Shown here: in pieces, positions 28,645-41,259 of the stretch | How the letters are laid out: every line of letters begins with the position of its first letter | Numbering within the stretch: the stretch's first letter is position 1 | Assembly (NCBI GenBank): GCA_965225945.1 | Contig: CBDDBZ010000037.1 | Coordinates: forward strand, 192,001-256,000 | Reading direction: 5' to 3' | Length of the DNA stretch: 64,000 bases | DNA from: Alphaproteobacteria bacterium | GTDB lineage: Bacteria; Pseudomonadota; Alphaproteobacteria; GCA-2731375 | Made by a program: the position numbers and the translations under genes | The notes under the pieces: generated by a model | Database searches by the model: none | What the model was told of the DNA's origin: nothing | Seen by the model: the letters and a program-made list of their open reading frames with translations, nothing else

Positions 28645-31416
28645 ATCATCCGATAAGATGATGACCAAGCCCGATTGGCTTGCCATACTGGATTCGATCG
28701 ACAAATCGGGGGGTGTTCGATTTGACGCGGAGTTGGAGTCAACGGGCCGCGTCCCGGGGTTTGTTTCATCGGCGTTTGGTGGCAACGGCGGGGCTGACGG
28801 GATGCTGGCTCATGTTGGCGAGCGGATCGCTCGCCCAGATCGCGACCGACGGCACGGTCGGAGCGGTCCAGGCGCTGACCGGCCCCGACTTCACCATCGG
28901 CGAGGTGCTTGGCAGCCGGGCCGGCACCAACCTCTTCCATTCCTTCTCCAACTTCAACGTCAACACGGGCGAGAGCGCGACCTTCACCGGCGCCAATGAC
29001 ATCACCAACGTGATCAGCCGGGTCACCGGCGGCGCGGCCTCCAATATCGACGGCATCCTGCGCTCGACCATCGGCAGCGCCGATTTCTGGTTCACGAACC
29101 CGGCGGGCGTGATGTTCGGCCCCAACGCCCAGCTGGATGTGCCGGGCTCTTTCCACGTCACCACCGCCGACGAGATCCGCTTTCCGGGCAACGAGATCTA
29201 CGCCGCCGCGCCGGTGCCCGGCGAAGTGCTCAGCGTGGCGTCGCCCGAAGCCTTCGGCTTCCTGAGCGCGAACCCCGCCGCAATCACGGTGCAAGGATTG
29301 ACGATCAATCAACTGGGTGGTGGCGCCCTATCAGTCGTCGGCGGCGATGTCGCCATCAGTTTCGCCGCGAGCGAGGATTTTATCGTCGACAACATCAATA
29401 TTGCGAGCGTCGGTTCGACGGGCGAGGTGGGTTTGGCCGGTGCAACCCTGACCACGACGGGGTTCGCCCAATTGGGCAATATCGACCTCACCAACGTAAA
29501 TCTTGTCTCCAACGGCAGCACTGGCAGCACTATCGCCATAAGGGGCGGTCAGCTGGTGGCGATCGATTCATCAATTACATCAGGGGGTGTCGCCAATGCG
29601 ACAGGCGCCAACGTCGACGTCGCGATCACCGGGGACCTAAGCTTAACGCGCTCGCGAATTATCGCCGGTGGTCCAGACTCGGGGTCCGGAGGAGATATCA
29701 CGGTAGATGTCGGCGGCACTCTTACGTTAACCGGGAACAGTCAGAACGTTCCGGGCATCTCAAGCATTGGGAACAGCAACGGCAACATAGTGGTGACCGC
29801 GGCGGCAATCGACATGACGTTTGGCGATATATCGACGCGAACCTCAGGCACCCAGTCGACGGGCGACGTGACGATCACGACACCGGCTCTCGCCATGAAC
29901 AAAAGCGGGATCGCGAGCATAAATGATGGCAGCGGGCCTGCCTCCGGAACCGTGACCGTGAATGGAGGCACCATAACGCTCGAGAATGCGGCCACGATCG
30001 GCGGAACCGGCGAGAGCAACATCACCGGAACGTCTCTTTTGCTCGATGCCTCCGAATTGAATAACTCTACAGGCGGCTCTCTAGACGCCGGAAATATCTC
30101 CGTCAATGTGAGCGGTGCCGTTACGCTGCAAAATAGCGCCGGCCTATTCTCCGACGCCAATGCTACGGGAAACGCAGGAGCGATCACGATTTCCGGCGAT
30201 AGCCTGCTCGTGGATGACAGTTTCATCAGCAGCAACGGAAACCCGGATCCGAACGCGATCGACGGCGGCGACGCCGGCAGTATCTCGATCACCGCGGCGG
30301 ACGTGACCTTTCAGAATGGAGGCGTCTTCAGATCGAGCTCGGAAGGCGACGCCTCCGCCGGAACCATATCGATCACCGCCGATCGCGTGGTCATGACCAG
30401 CACGAGTAATAGCGGCAGCAGCGCCGGTGCTAGGGGCGCAGGCAGGCGATGTCACCATTGCCGCAACTGAATCGATGGTCATGACCACTGCAACCATCGA
30501 GACTATTGCCGTGCAGGGGCCTCAGGTCATTGCCGATGGCGGCGCGATCACCATCACAACGCCTTTGCTCTCGATGGATGGGAGTCTGCTCTCGAGCTCC
30601 CATTCCGGGAGCGGCACGGGCGGGCCGATCACACTGAATGTGTCTGACTTCGTGGCTGACAATGGATCCAGGGTAGAGGCGGCGACTACTGGCGCCGGTC
30701 CGGCCGGAGATATTTTCATCGGCGCAACCAATTCGGTCAGCATCGCTGGCCAAACCTTCGTTTCTGCCAATACGAGCGGCGCGGGGGAAGGCGGCGCCAT
30801 CACCATCGATACCGCTGATCTTCAGCTCGACCAAGCCTTCATCGAGACCGAAACGCGAGGAGCCGGGCGCGCAGGCGATATCGAGGTCAACGCATCCGGG
30901 CTTGTCACCTTGGATACGGGCGCCGGGATATCGGCCGGCACCTTGACAGAGGCGGCAGGTGGCACCATCACGATTGCTGCGAGCCGGCTGGAAGTCCTCA
31001 ATCAATCGGCTATCAGCGCCAACACTTCCGCCGCCGGGCGTGCAGGTGATCTCAGCATCAACGTCAACGAATACTTTAGCTCGGACGGTAGCCTGCAATC
31101 CCAGACTAGTGGTGGCGACGCCGGCAATATTGCGGTGACGGCAATTAACCTGATCCGCCTTGAAAACGGGGGGGGTATTTCCGCATCGACGTTCGGTGCA
31201 CCGATTGGAAATGGTGGCAGCATTGTCCTGGCGGCCCCCGTGATAGAAATCGTCGAAACGAGCGACGTAAGCGCGAACACGAGCGGGAGCGGATTCGCTG
31301 GTGACGTGTCCGTTACGGGAGATTGGCTATTGGTGTCCAATGGCGCGATCGTGACAGGGACGGACGAAGGCTCAAGTGGTCGGGGCGGAACGATTAGCAT
31401 CGTCGCCCCCGATATC

Positions 31417-32834
31417 GGGTCAAGTCCGGATTCTGCTGGGAATTTTCTCCGGGGTTGCCTCCGTCGAGGCCTGTTCTGGTAGTTCCAGCTGGGCTTGGTA
31501 TTCCTGATCGAGTTCCTTCCTGACGGCGTCCATCTGGCGCCGCTCGAAGACGGTGACCTTGACTGCTTTCCATCGCTCGGCGGCGCGGCTCATGGCACCG
31601 AACATGAGCTTCAGTACCGCCTTTTCGCCGAAGGCGTTGGGGATGATCTTCAAGCGCCGGCGCTCCTCCCCGAACAATCTCTCCAGCAGGTTGGTGGTGC
31701 GGATCGCCCGGCGGTGATTGACCGGCATGCGCAGGTGCGCGATGCAGGCCTCGAAATCATCCAGGAAACAGGCCACCGCCGAGGGCAGCTCGCGCTCCCA
31801 GTCACGCACCACGCCCTCGGCCAGATCGCGGGCGATGGCGCGCGAGGGGGCCTGGTAGGCCGCTTGGGCGCGGGCCTTGAACTCCGGCCAGAGATCCTCG
31901 GGCACCTTCGCCGCCAAGTTCCTCATCCGGTGCGCGAGGCAGCGTTGGCGCGCGCTCCTGGGAAAACAAATCTCGATCGCCTTGATAATGCCAGGCGCGC
32001 CGTCGGAGGCGATCAGGAGAGGATCGCCCAGGCCTCGGCTGCGCATGTCCTGGAAGAACGCGGAGACGGTCTCGTTGTCCTCCTTCGAGCCCGCCATCAG
32101 ATGCAGGAGAACCTTCTTGCCCTCGAGCGTGAAGCCCCAGGCCGCCAGCACCGGCTCTCGCCTCTGCCCGGCCCGCAGCCGCTCGGCGATGCCGTCGACG
32201 AAGAGGTAGGCGATCTCGAACTCGCTAAGGTCGCGCTTGGCGAAGCCGAGGTAGTCCGCCCAGAGCCGCTCCCCCATCTCCGAGACCGCCGTGCGCGACA
32301 GCAGCAAGCGCCCACTTTCTTCCCTGAAGGCATCTTCGATGTCGCGCACCGAGAGACCGCGCGCCAGCATCTCCACGGCTAAATCCTCCAGGCCCTCGGA
32401 ATGACCCTTCAGCTGCGCTCGCAGATCCGAACGGAACGGTTCGTCCGTCCCGGCGACCTGCGGCGCCGCATACCTGATCCGCCCCTCGGCCGTCTTCAGA
32501 TGACCTTCGCGCGAACCGTTCCGGTAACCTCGGCCAGGCTCGGAACCGTGCTCGTAATAGTCCCGGCCCAGGGCGTCGCGCACCTCGGCCTCCAAGCCTT
32601 CCTCGATGATCAACCGCGTCGCCAACCGCACCAATTCACTCTTCGCGTCGACCACGCGGGCGCGCCCTTCGATCAGGTCGTTCAAGGCTTCACGCGTGCG
32701 CTCGCTTCCGGGTAGTCTCTTCGTCATGGAGGTGCCTCCTGTGCTGGGCTGGCGCGCAGCCATGCCCGGGTGGGAATCGACACCTCGAAGGATGCACCTC
32801 CTACCAAATTCCCAGCAAGTCTAGGACTTCACCC
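31417..32834 (-). mobile_element. IS256-family element
   Basis: IRs GGGTCAAGTCCGGATTCTGCTGGGAATTT / GGGTGAAGTCCTAGACTTGCTGGGAATTT; flanking (C)CGATATC duplication. Confidence 0.92.
31420..32727 (-). CDS. IS256-family transposase
   Basis: YRNG, GLSVRDI, YLFVDG, ASDG, QRCLAH, TTNLLER. Confidence 0.95.
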   Translation of the reverse strand: MTKRLPGSERTREALNDLIEGRARVVDAKSELVRLATRLIIEEGLEAEVRDALGRDYYEHGSEPGRGYRNGSREGHLKTAEGRIRYAAPQVAGTDEPFRSDLRAQLKGHSEGLEDLAVEMLARGLSVRDIEDAFREESGRLLLSRTAVSEMGERLWADYLGFAKRDLSEFEIAYLFVDGIAERLRAGQRREPVLAAWGFTLEGKKVLLHLMAGSKEDNETVSAFFQDMRSRGLGDPLLIASDGAPGIIKAIEICFPRSARQRCLAHRMRNLAAKVPEDLWPEFKARAQAAYQAPSRAIARDLAEGVVRDWERELPSAVACFLDDFEACIAHLRMPVNHRRAIRTTNLLERLFGEERRRLKIIPNAFGEKAVLKLMFGAMSRAAERWKAVKVTVFERRQMDAVRKELDQEYQAQLELPEQASTEATPEKIPSRIRT

Positions 32835-35800
32835 CGATATCGATCTTGAGGAAGGTGCCAGAGTAACCGCGAACACCAGTGGGTCGGGTGCGGGCGGCTC
32901 GGTCGCCATCGCCGCCGATGACTTTTCGGCGAACGACGGTACGGTCCAGGCGATTTCATTGGCAAGCGGCGACGCGGGCGCCGTCTCGGTCATGGTCGCG
33001 GATCTGTTGAGCCTTGACGGCGGTTCCATCGTGTCGTCGACCCTCGGTGGTGGTGCCGGCGGCACCATCGATGTGGATGCGGCGCGAATTGTGATGGTTA
33101 ACGGCGGATCGATCAGCGCCGTTACCAGCGGCAGCGGTGCCGGTGGCAATATCGCCCTGACCGCCACGGACTTTATCACCCTGTCCGGTGGCTCCATTGT
33201 GAACGTGGCCTCATTCCAGCCCGGGAGCGGTGACGCTGGCTCGGTTACGGTCGATGTCACTGGCGACCTTTCCATCCTCACGGGATCGCGCATCGACTCG
33301 GGGACGAATTCTTCCGGCAACGCCGGGTCGATCACGGTCACAGCCGCCAACGTCCTGGTCAATGGTGCCGACTCGGTCGATCCGACCAGCCGGATCACAT
33401 CGGATTCCTTCGGCGCCGGCAGCGCGGGCGCGATTACGGTCACCGCGAGCAGGTCCGTCATCGTGCGAAATGGGGCCGGTATTCAGGCCAATACCTTTGT
33501 TGACGGACCGGCGACCGGGGGCCAGGTGACCATCGTGGCGCCGGATATCAAGCTGCAGGCAAGCGGCAATATCTCGGCGGGAACAGGATCCGCGGGCATT
33601 GGCGGGGATGTCGTGATTTCGACCGAACGCCTCGATGTCGACGACAATTCGCGTGTCGCCAGTCAGACAACCAGGTCCGGCGCGGCCGGCAGCGTCACCG
33701 TCGATGCAACCGAGTCCATCTTCGTGCGCAACGGCTCGATAATTCAGGCGCGGGCCACCACCGGTTCGACGGGCACCGCGGGTACGGTGACGTTGCGGAC
33801 CTCGGACCTGAGGGTCGGCCCCGAATCCACCGTCCGATCGAGCACCGATGGGGCCGGCGATGCGGGATCGGTCGTCGTCGAAGCAGACCGAATCACCGTG
33901 ATCAACGCGACAATTCGCAGCAATACTACCGCCGGCGGCGACGGAGGTTCGGTATCGATTACCGCGAGCGAAAGTCTGACGGGCCAAGTCGGCAGTATTC
34001 GATCGAGCGCCGACGGCACGTCGGCGACGGGCAACGCCGGCTCGGTCACCGTCGTTTCGCCGATCATCGACATGGTCGAATTCGCCATCCGGAGCAACGC
34101 GGACGGCGGTGGCGACGCCGGCTCGGTGGTGGTGATCGCGAGCGAGCGGATCACCGGCACGTTGGTCGGATTTCGCTCGAACGTCGATGGCGCGGGGGCG
34201 AACGGCAATGCCGGCACCGTCTTCGTGATGTCGCCTCTCATCGATCTCACCCGTGCCGGGATCCGCTCGAATGCCGACGGCACCGGCACGGGCGGCACTG
34301 TCACCGTCGAAGCGGATGAGCTGATCCTGACGGACAGCGCCATCCGCACCAATACCGGCGTCGCCGGCGACGCGGGCACCGTGATCGTAAACGTGAGCGG
34401 ACCGATCACGTTGACCGGCTCGACCACCATCAATTCATCGACCGGCGGCAGCGGCAATGCTGGGAGCGTTACGGTTTCGGCGGCCGGTGTCTTGACCCTT
34501 ACCAACAGCTCGATCAATTCCACGACCGCCGGCACCGGTGCCGGCGGATCGGTGGCCGTGAGCGCGCCCACCATCGCCATGTCGGGCGAAAGTCTGATCA
34601 GCGCCTCGACGGCCGGCGGCGGTAGGGGCGGCAACGTCGTGATTTCCGGCGGCACGCTGACCCTCGTCGAGGACGCCGAGATCCTCAGCGACGCCAATGC
34701 CGGCGGTGCCGGGGGCTCGGTTGTAATCCGCGTCGGCACCTTGAGCCTGTTCGGCGATGCCGAGATCGCCAGCGACGTGGATGAAGGCGCCGCCGGACAG
34801 GGTGGCTCCGTGACCATAACGGCGGATCGGATCAGCCTTTCCGGTGATTCCGAAATCTCGAGCGAGACCGGCGGCGCTGGCGCCGGCGGCAGCGTCGCCA
34901 TTACCGCTTCCGAGAGTATCCGGATCTTCGATCAGTCGGAAATTCTGACGACGGCCGAGGCCGACGGCAACGCGGGCGGGTTGGTCCTGAGCACCGGGAC
35001 ATTGGAGCTGAACGGCGGTGCGATCTCGGCCTCCACCACCGGCTCCGGGGATGCCGGCAACATCACCACGACGAGCAGCGGTACGACCAGCTTGCGTTCC
35101 GGCAGCACCATCACGGCTTCAACGACGGCGGCGGGCGCCGGCGGCTCCATATCCATTACCGCCGCCGGCCTGACTCTCGGCCAAGGCACCGAGATAGCGG
35201 CGACGAGTTCCGGTTCAGGTGCCGGCGGAGAGATCACCATCGATAGCGGCGATACCTATTTCAGCGAAGGCGGTTCAATCACCACCAGCACGACGCAGTC
35301 GGACGGCGGCAATATCACGCTGGCGGCCGTGCTATTGATCCATCTCATCGACAGCTCGATCACCACCAGCGTGAGCGGCGGACTTGGCGGCAGTGGCAAC
35401 ATCACCATCGATCCGAACTTCGTGATTTTGGACAACAGTAGAATAGAGGCCAACGCCTTCGGCGGCCCGGGCGGCAACATCTCGATCACGGCCGGCCAAT
35501 TGATCCGGAGCGCGGATAGTATCATTCAGGCGTCGTCACAGCTCGGTGTCACCGGAAACGTCCTGGTCAGCGCGCCGGAGAGTGACATCAGTGCCGGCTT
35601 GACCACCTTGACGGCCGCTTTCCTGGACGCCGCCAATCGGCTCGCCGAGCGCTGTGCGGCGCGCGGCGGCCGGGTCTCGGGCAGTCTTTCGACCGCCGGG
35701 CGGGGCGGCATGCCGCTCGGCCCCGAGGGGGCGCGAACGGCGGGTTACGTCATAGCCAAGGGCGCGACGACAGCCGCGAACGATAATGACGGCGGTGTTG

Positions 35801-36063
35801 GTAGGTCCGCGCAGGCGTCCGCGGGAGGTGTACGAATGATCCCGGCGACGCTGCGACTTCGGTGCTCGGCTTAGATTGGGGCGCCTCGGGGGGAGGGTCG
35901 CGTAATTGTAGCTTTACCTAAATCGTACGCGTCGATTATTGCGTTGTCATACATCACCTTCGGCTTGGCGGCGGCCTGGAGCGAATCCGCCGTCGCCCAG
36001 GTGCCGTCCTCGACGCGCGATCAGATCGAGCGGCCAGGCGATCTTCGTCGGGACCAAATACCG

Positions 36064-36203
36064 AAACCGGAACTCCCGGATGCCGCTCCGGAATTTCGCT
36101 TGCCGCCGATACCGGCGCCGGCCAAGCCCCAACAAACCGGAACTCCCGGATGCCGCTCCGGAATTTCGCTTGCCGCCGATACCGGCGCCGGCCAAGCCCC
36201 AAC
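36064..36203 (+). repeat. perfect 70-bp tandem duplication (frameshifting)
   Basis: Units 36064-36133 and 36134-36203. Confidence 0.92.
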
Positions 36204-36291
36204 CCCTATCGTCGACAGGCATTATTGAGTCGGACCCGATTTCCTTGGACACAGAATTGGCTTAATCGAAGTGTCCAAGGAGGACCGGAAC

Positions 36292-36702
36292 ATGACCGAC
36301 AATTTTGAGAACAAAGTTGCTGTTGATGGGCCTGTGGTAAACGAGGGCGAGCTTGGCTCGTCCACGTTTTCCCCGGGCCAGGTTTCGCCGGCAGGCCCGC
36401 TGGGACTTGGCCAGCGGTGGACGGTGACGCGCAAGCGTGAGGTTGCCCTGCGGCTTTTGCGTGGCGAGCCGGTGGAACTTTTGTCGCGGCAGTTGGGCGT
36501 GGAGATTTTCCGGCTCGAGCAGTGGCGTGAGAAGGCGATCGCCGGGATCGATGCCTCGCTCAAGGAACGCAAGGGCGATCCGGTAAAGGCGGAACTGGAC
36601 ATCGCCATGAAGCGGATCGGGGAGTTGATCATGCAGGTGGAACTGCTGGAGGCCAAGACGGAGACGTCCGGCCCTTTGGGGCGGCGGAGGTCGCGGCGAT
36701 GA
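36292..36702 (+). CDS. IS OrfA (HTH)
   Basis: RKREVALRLLRGEPVELLSRQLGV; ATGA overlap with orfB. Confidence 0.85.
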   Translation: MTDNFENKVAVDGPVVNEGELGSSTFSPGQVSPAGPLGLGQRWTVTRKREVALRLLRGEPVELLSRQLGVEIFRLEQWREKAIAGIDASLKERKGDPVKAELDIAMKRIGELIMQVELLEAKTETSGPLGRRRSRR

Positions 36703-37610
36703 GTGCCGCCACCTCTCCCGGCACGGGTTTGGCCTACGGCCTCCAGCGGGTCTGTGCGGCCTGGGGTTTTGCCCGTTCCTCGTTCTACGCCATGAAATCC
36801 CGGCAGCAGGCCACCGCTGAGCGCCCACCAGCAAAGCGCCGGGGACCGAAGCCCTCGATCTCGGACGAGGCTCTGCTGGTGGCCATCGAGGCCGACCTGG
36901 AGGCATCCCCCTGGGAGGGCGAGGGACACCGCAAGGTCTGGGCTCGGCTTCGGGTCTGTCGTGGCATCCGTGTTTCCCGCAAGCGGGTGCTCCGGGTGAT
37001 GCGCGAGAACAACCTGCTCTCGCCCCATCGCTGCCGCCGCCGTGGCGGAAATCCCCATGTCGGTGAGATCATCACCCATGCCCCCAACCTCATGTGGGGC
37101 ACGGACGGCGTTCGGGTGTTCACGGTGGACGACGGCTGGGGCTGGATATTCACCGCCATCGAGCATTGGAACGCCGAGTGCGTCGGCTGGCATGTGTGCA
37201 AGCGAGGCGACCGCTTCGCCGCCCTTCAGCCGATCTCCATGGGGCTTGCGAGGCTGTATGCCTCGACCTCCGCCGGTGCGGCGCGGGGGCTGGCCTTGCG
37301 GATGGATCACGGCTCCCAGTATCTGTCGGACCACTTCACCAACCAGATCAAGTTCTGGGGCATCCAGCCGTCCTACGCCTTCGTCGAACAGCCCCAGACC
37401 AACGGCGTCGCCGAGAGGTTCAATCGCACGCTCAAGGAACAGATCATCCATGGCCGCATCTACCGCAACATCGCGGAGCTGCGGAACGCCGTCCGCGGGT
37501 TCGTCGAACAGTACAATGCCCAGTGGATCGTGGAGAAGAACGGCTACCTGAGCCCCGCTCAAGCTCGTCAGGCGTGGCACACCGCGATGTCACTCAGGCC
37601 CGCCGCATGA
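36699..37610 (+). CDS. IS OrfB, DDE (rve) transposase
   Basis: WGTD, MDHGSQY, NGVAERFNRTLKE. Confidence 0.92.
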   Translation: MSAATSPGTGLAYGLQRVCAAWGFARSSFYAMKSRQQATAERPPAKRRGPKPSISDEALLVAIEADLEASPWEGEGHRKVWARLRVCRGIRVSRKRVLRVMRENNLLSPHRCRRRGGNPHVGEIITHAPNLMWGTDGVRVFTVDDGWGWIFTAIEHWNAECVGWHVCKRGDRFAALQPISMGLARLYASTSAGAARGLALRMDHGSQYLSDHFTNQIKFWGIQPSYAFVEQPQTNGVAERFNRTLKEQIIHGRIYRNIAELRNAVRGFVEQYNAQWIVEKNGYLSPAQARQAWHTAMSLRPAA

Positions 37611-38318
37611 GACAAACTTGTGTCCAAGGAACCGGGTGCGATACACCGACAGGCATTATCCTGTTCGTCGAGCGCATTGCAATTTCGGGCAATACGGCTG
37701 TTAGGGATGAAGAGCTGGCGGCGATTGCAGCTCCCTATGAGGGCCGAAAGATCGATTCGAGTGAGCTGGAAGCGTTGCGCCGTGCTTTGACACGGCATTA
37801 CGTGGATAAGGGTTACGTCAATTCAGGCGCGATCATTCCCGACCAAGAGGTCAAGGATGGGGTCGTTCGCCTGGAGATCGTCGAAGGCGAACTCACCAAC
37901 ATCGTCGTCAGTGGCTTGGGCCGTCTACGTGATGAGTATGTCTTGGGACGCGTCGAGCTTGGCGCCGGTCCGCCGCTCAACGTCAACGAGCTTCAAGGCC
38001 GCTTGCAGATCCTGCTGCAAGACCCACTCATAGAACGCCTGAATGCCCGCCTCGGTCCGGGCGTCAGACCGGGTCAAAGAGAACTCGAGCTGGAGGTGGA
38101 ACGGGCGCGGCCCTGGGATTTCGGGTTGGCGGTCGGCAACAACCGATCGCCGAGCGTCGGTGCCATCCACGGCGGGGTCTTTGGCACCGCGCGTAACCTT
38201 ACCTGTGGAACGGCGTGCAAAGTTGACCCCTGTTGAGGGGTGATCGGCGTCCAAATTTGACCCCCTGAGCCTGGCTAGTCCAAGTCACCTCGTTTTTGGG
38301 CGGACGAGGTGGTGGGGG

Positions 38319-39830
38319 ATGTTGGTCGTGGAGACGATAGCGCGGATCCGGCGGGAGTATTTCGTCAAGGGGAAGCCGATCAAGGAGATCGTGCGGGACG
38401 TGAAGGTCTCGGGCAACACGGTGCGCAAGGTGATCTGTTCGCAGGCGACGGCGTTCACCTACGACCGGCGGGTCCAGCCGATGCCGAAGCTGGGGCCGTG
38501 GACGGCCGAGCTGGAGCGGATGCTGGAGGCCAACGAGACCAAGTCGAAGCGGGAGCGGCTGACGCTGCTACGGATCTCCGAAGCCCTCGAGGGTCTGGGC
38601 TATGGCGGCGGCTACGACGCGGTGCGGCGCTACGCCAAGGCGTGGCGGTGGCGCCGTTCGGCATCGACGGCGCAGACCTATGTGCCGTTGGTGTTCTCGC
38701 CGGGCGAGGCCTATCAGTTCGACTGGAGCCACGAGTACGTGGTGCTGGCGGGGGTGACGACCAAGGTCAAGGTCGCGCACGTCCGGCTGTGCCACAGCCG
38801 AATGTTCTTCGTCCGCGCTTATCCGCGCGAGAGCCAGGAGATGGTGTTCGACGCCCACGACCGGGCATTCCGGCTGTTCCAGGGTGCCTGCCGGCGAGGC
38901 ATCTACGACAACATGAAGACGGCGGTGCAGACCGTCCTCATCGGCAAGGAGCGCGCGTTCAACCGGCGCTTCGTGCAGATGTGTGGCCACTACCTGGTCG
39001 AACCGACAGCATGCACGCCGGGAGCGGGATGGGAGAAGGGGCAGGTCGAGAACCAGGTCGGGATCATCCGCGGTCGGTTCTTCACCCCGCGGCTGCGCTT
39101 CAAGACCTACGACGAGCTCAACGCCTGGCTCTTGGACCAGTGCGTCGCCTACGCCCGGCGTCATCCCCACCCGGTGTTCAAGGACAGGACTGTCTGGCAG
39201 GTGTTCGAGGACGAGCGTCCGTCCCTGGTCGGCTATCGCGGGCCGTTCGACGGCTTCCACGCGGTCCCGGCGTCGGTGTCGAAGACCTGCCTGGTGCGCT
39301 TCGACAGCAACAAGTACAGCGTGGCGGCGCGCGCCGTCGGCCGTCCGGTCGAGGTCCATGCCTACGCCGATCGCATCGTCATCCGCCAGGACGGCGAGAT
39401 CGTCGCCGAGCATGCCCGGCGCTTCGGCCGCGACCAGACCGTCTATGACCCGTGGCACTACGTGCCCGTGCTGGCGAGGAAGCCCGGTGCGCTTCGTAAC
39501 AGCGCGCCGTTCAAGGACTGGGCGCTGCCCGGCGCCCTGGGTCGCGTGCGCGTCCGGCTCGCCGGCCACGACGACGGCGACAGGCAGATGGTCGAGATCC
39601 TCACCGCCGTGCTGGCGGATGGGCTGGCGGCGGTGGAGGCCGCCTGTGCCGAGGCGCTCGCTGGCGGCGTGTGCAGCGCCGACGTCGTGCTCAACATCCT
39701 CAATCGTCGGCGCCAGCCGTCCGAGACGGCGCCGATCCCGACGCCCGCGAACCTGCGTCTTCGCTTTGAGCCGGTGGCCGATTGCACCCGCTACGACCGC
39801 TTGAGGGGGGTCGGCCATGGAGCGCCATGA
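38319..39830 (+). CDS. istA: IS21-family transposase IstA
   Basis: [23 protein letters not shown]. Confidence 0.95.
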   Translation: MLVVETIARIRREYFVKGKPIKEIVRDVKVSGNTVRKVICSQATAFTYDRRVQPMPKLGPWTAELERMLEANETKSKRERLTLLRISEALEGLGYGGGYDAVRRYAKAWRWRRSASTAQTYVPLVFSPGEAYQFDWSHEYVVLAGVTTKVKVAHVRLCHSRMFFVRAYPRESQEMVFDAHDRAFRLFQGACRRGIYDNMKTAVQTVLIGKERAFNRRFVQMCGHYLVEPTACTPGAGWEKGQVENQVGIIRGRFFTPRLRFKTYDELNAWLLDQCVAYARRHPHPVFKDRTVWQVFEDERPSLVGYRGPFDGFHAVPASVSKTCLVRFDSNKYSVAARAVGRPVEVHAYADRIVIRQDGEIVAEHARRFGRDQTVYDPWHYVPVLARKPGALRNSAPFKDWALPGALGRVRVRLAGHDDGDRQMVEILTAVLADGLAAVEAACAEALAGGVCSADVVLNILNRRRQPSETAPIPTPANLRLRFEPVADCTRYDRLRGVGHGAP

Positions 39831-40545
39831 GGTCCTGGAGATGATGGCCGCACTCAAGCTCGCCGGCATGCGCGACGCGTTCGACGAGGTGCTCGCCGAC
39901 GGCCTCAAGCGCCAGCATCCGATGCAGCGAATCATCGGCGAGCTGTTGAAGGCCGAGATCGCCGACAAGCAGGCGCGATCCATCAAGTACCAGATGAGTG
40001 GCGCCAAGCTGCCGCTGGCCAAGGAGCTGGCCGACTTCGACTTCACCGACACCCCGGTCAACGAGCCGCTGGTCCGCGAGTTGGCGGTCGGCGGCTTCCT
40101 GGCCAACCAGCGCAACGCCGTGCTGATCGGCGGCACCGGCACCGGCAAGAGCCATCTCGCCGTCGCCATCGCGCGGGCCTGCATCCGCGATGGCGCCCGG
40201 GGCCGCTTCTTCAACGTCGTCGACCTGGTCAACCGGCTCGAGGCCGAAGCCCGCGCCGGCCGCCAGGGCCGGCTCGCCGATCAGCTGGCCCGGCGCGACC
40301 TCGTCATCCTCGACGAGCTCGGCTACCTGTCCTTCGCCCAAACCGGAGGCCAGCTGCTGTTCCACCTCGTCAGCCGGCTCTACGAGCGCACCTCGATCAT
40401 CGTCACCACCAACCTGACCTTCGGCGAATGGCCGTCCGTCTTCGGCGACGCCAAGATGACCACCGCGCTCCTCGATCGTCTGACGCACCACTGCGAGATC
40501 ATCGAGACCGGAAACGACTCCTGGCGCTTCAAGAATCGGTCCTAA
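39817..40545 (+). CDS. istB: IS21-family helper ATPase IstB
   Basis: [24 protein letters not shown]. Confidence 0.95.
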   Translation: MERHEVLEMMAALKLAGMRDAFDEVLADGLKRQHPMQRIIGELLKAEIADKQARSIKYQMSGAKLPLAKELADFDFTDTPVNEPLVRELAVGGFLANQRNAVLIGGTGTGKSHLAVAIARACIRDGARGRFFNVVDLVNRLEAEARAGRQGRLADQLARRDLVILDELGYLSFAQTGGQLLFHLVSRLYERTSIIVTTNLTFGEWPSVFGDAKMTTALLDRLTHHCEIIETGNDSWRFKNRS

Positions 40546-41173
40546 AGGCAACCGATCCACCTGCCGCCCGGTCGCCCAGGTGGGCCCACAGGAACCTCCC
40601 ACGCGCGGTCCGCCGCCAGCCGCGTGGTGGGCGCGTCGGCCCGCGCGCGGGCCCCTCCTATGGACTACCTGTACGACCTCCGCCGTGCATCCCCAAAGGG
40701 GTCAACATTGCACGCCGATAGGGGGTCAATGTTCAACGCCGATTGACACTTCACGAAATTCTGCCAGTTTCGTTCGACCTCAAATGTGACGGAAGGTCCC
40801 CCCCACCATGGGGGATGGGGGGTAGGGCGCGCGGTCGGCCGAGTTATTCGCCCGAAATCGTTCTCGATCGAGCGAGTAGTTCCTCGGATATACATCGATA
40901 CCAAGCTATATTACCGAGAGATATCCCCGATAATCGTTGAGTTAAAGTCTCGCATCATTGGTGAACGATGACGCTATTCGATGGCCATCGCCGAGGCGCG
41001 GGCTGTTATTCGACGGCATCATTGATGGTCGACGGCGCCAGCGGCACACGCATCTTCGCCGGGTGCCGGCGCGGTGGGGGCGCCAAGCAACGTGACGGGC
41101 CGCCATTGCCCTCTCTGTTGGTGACATTCGAAGTGAAGGGCTAAACGGTTTCGATCTAATCCTTTGAATTGAT

Positions 41174-41249
41174 TGGTGCGCCCGACAGGACTCGAACCTG
41201 TGACCCACTGATTAAAAGTCAGTTGCTCTACCACCTGAGCTACGGGCGC
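41174..41249 (-). tRNA. tRNA-Lys(TTT)
   Basis: GCGCCCG..CGGGCGC-A-CCA; ACTGA-CTTTTAA-TCAGT anticodon arm; 76 nt. Confidence 0.96.
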
Positions 41250-41259
41250 GGCGGGCCGG

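Larger units (their letters stand above)
28680..35874 (+). pseudogene. TpsA filamentous-hemagglutinin-family exoprotein, disrupted
   Basis: NLFHSFSNFNV, NVISRVTGG, NPAGVMFG secretion domain; G/S/T beta-helix repeats; frameshift near 30440 and IS256 at 31417; start uncertain. Confidence 0.9.
36226..37645 (+). mobile_element. IS3-like two-ORF element (1420 bp)
   Basis: IRs TGAGTCGGACCCGATTTCCTTGGACACA / TGTATCGCACCCGGTTCCTTGGACACA; flanks TCGACAGGCATTAT / CCGACAGGCATTAT. Confidence 0.88.
35944..38203 (+). pseudogene. TpsB (ShlB/FhaC/HecB) transporter, disrupted and truncated
   Basis: Signal peptide and Pro-rich linker, then POTRA domains (ISGNT..YVDKGYVNSGA..VEG); 70-bp duplication, IS insertion, barrel missing after IS21. 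Confidence 0.85.
38204..40748 (+). mobile_element. IS21-family element (canonical istAB)
   Basis: TGTGGAACGGCGTGCAAAGTTGACCCC ... GGGGTCAATGTTCAACGCCGATTGACA with doubled subterminal repeats; no TSD. Confidence 0.92.
28207..41217. mobile_element. degraded genomic island integrated at tRNA-Lys
   Basis: Bounded by tRNA 3'-end direct repeats; visibly lower GC3 in cargo; no integrase seen. Confidence 0.78.

Noticed and set aside
32842-35500. Repetitive G/S/T motifs in tpsA as a nucleotide repeat array or CDI toxin
   Set aside because: Degenerate protein-level beta-helix repeats; no VENN-type motif, toxin tip or immunity gene seen
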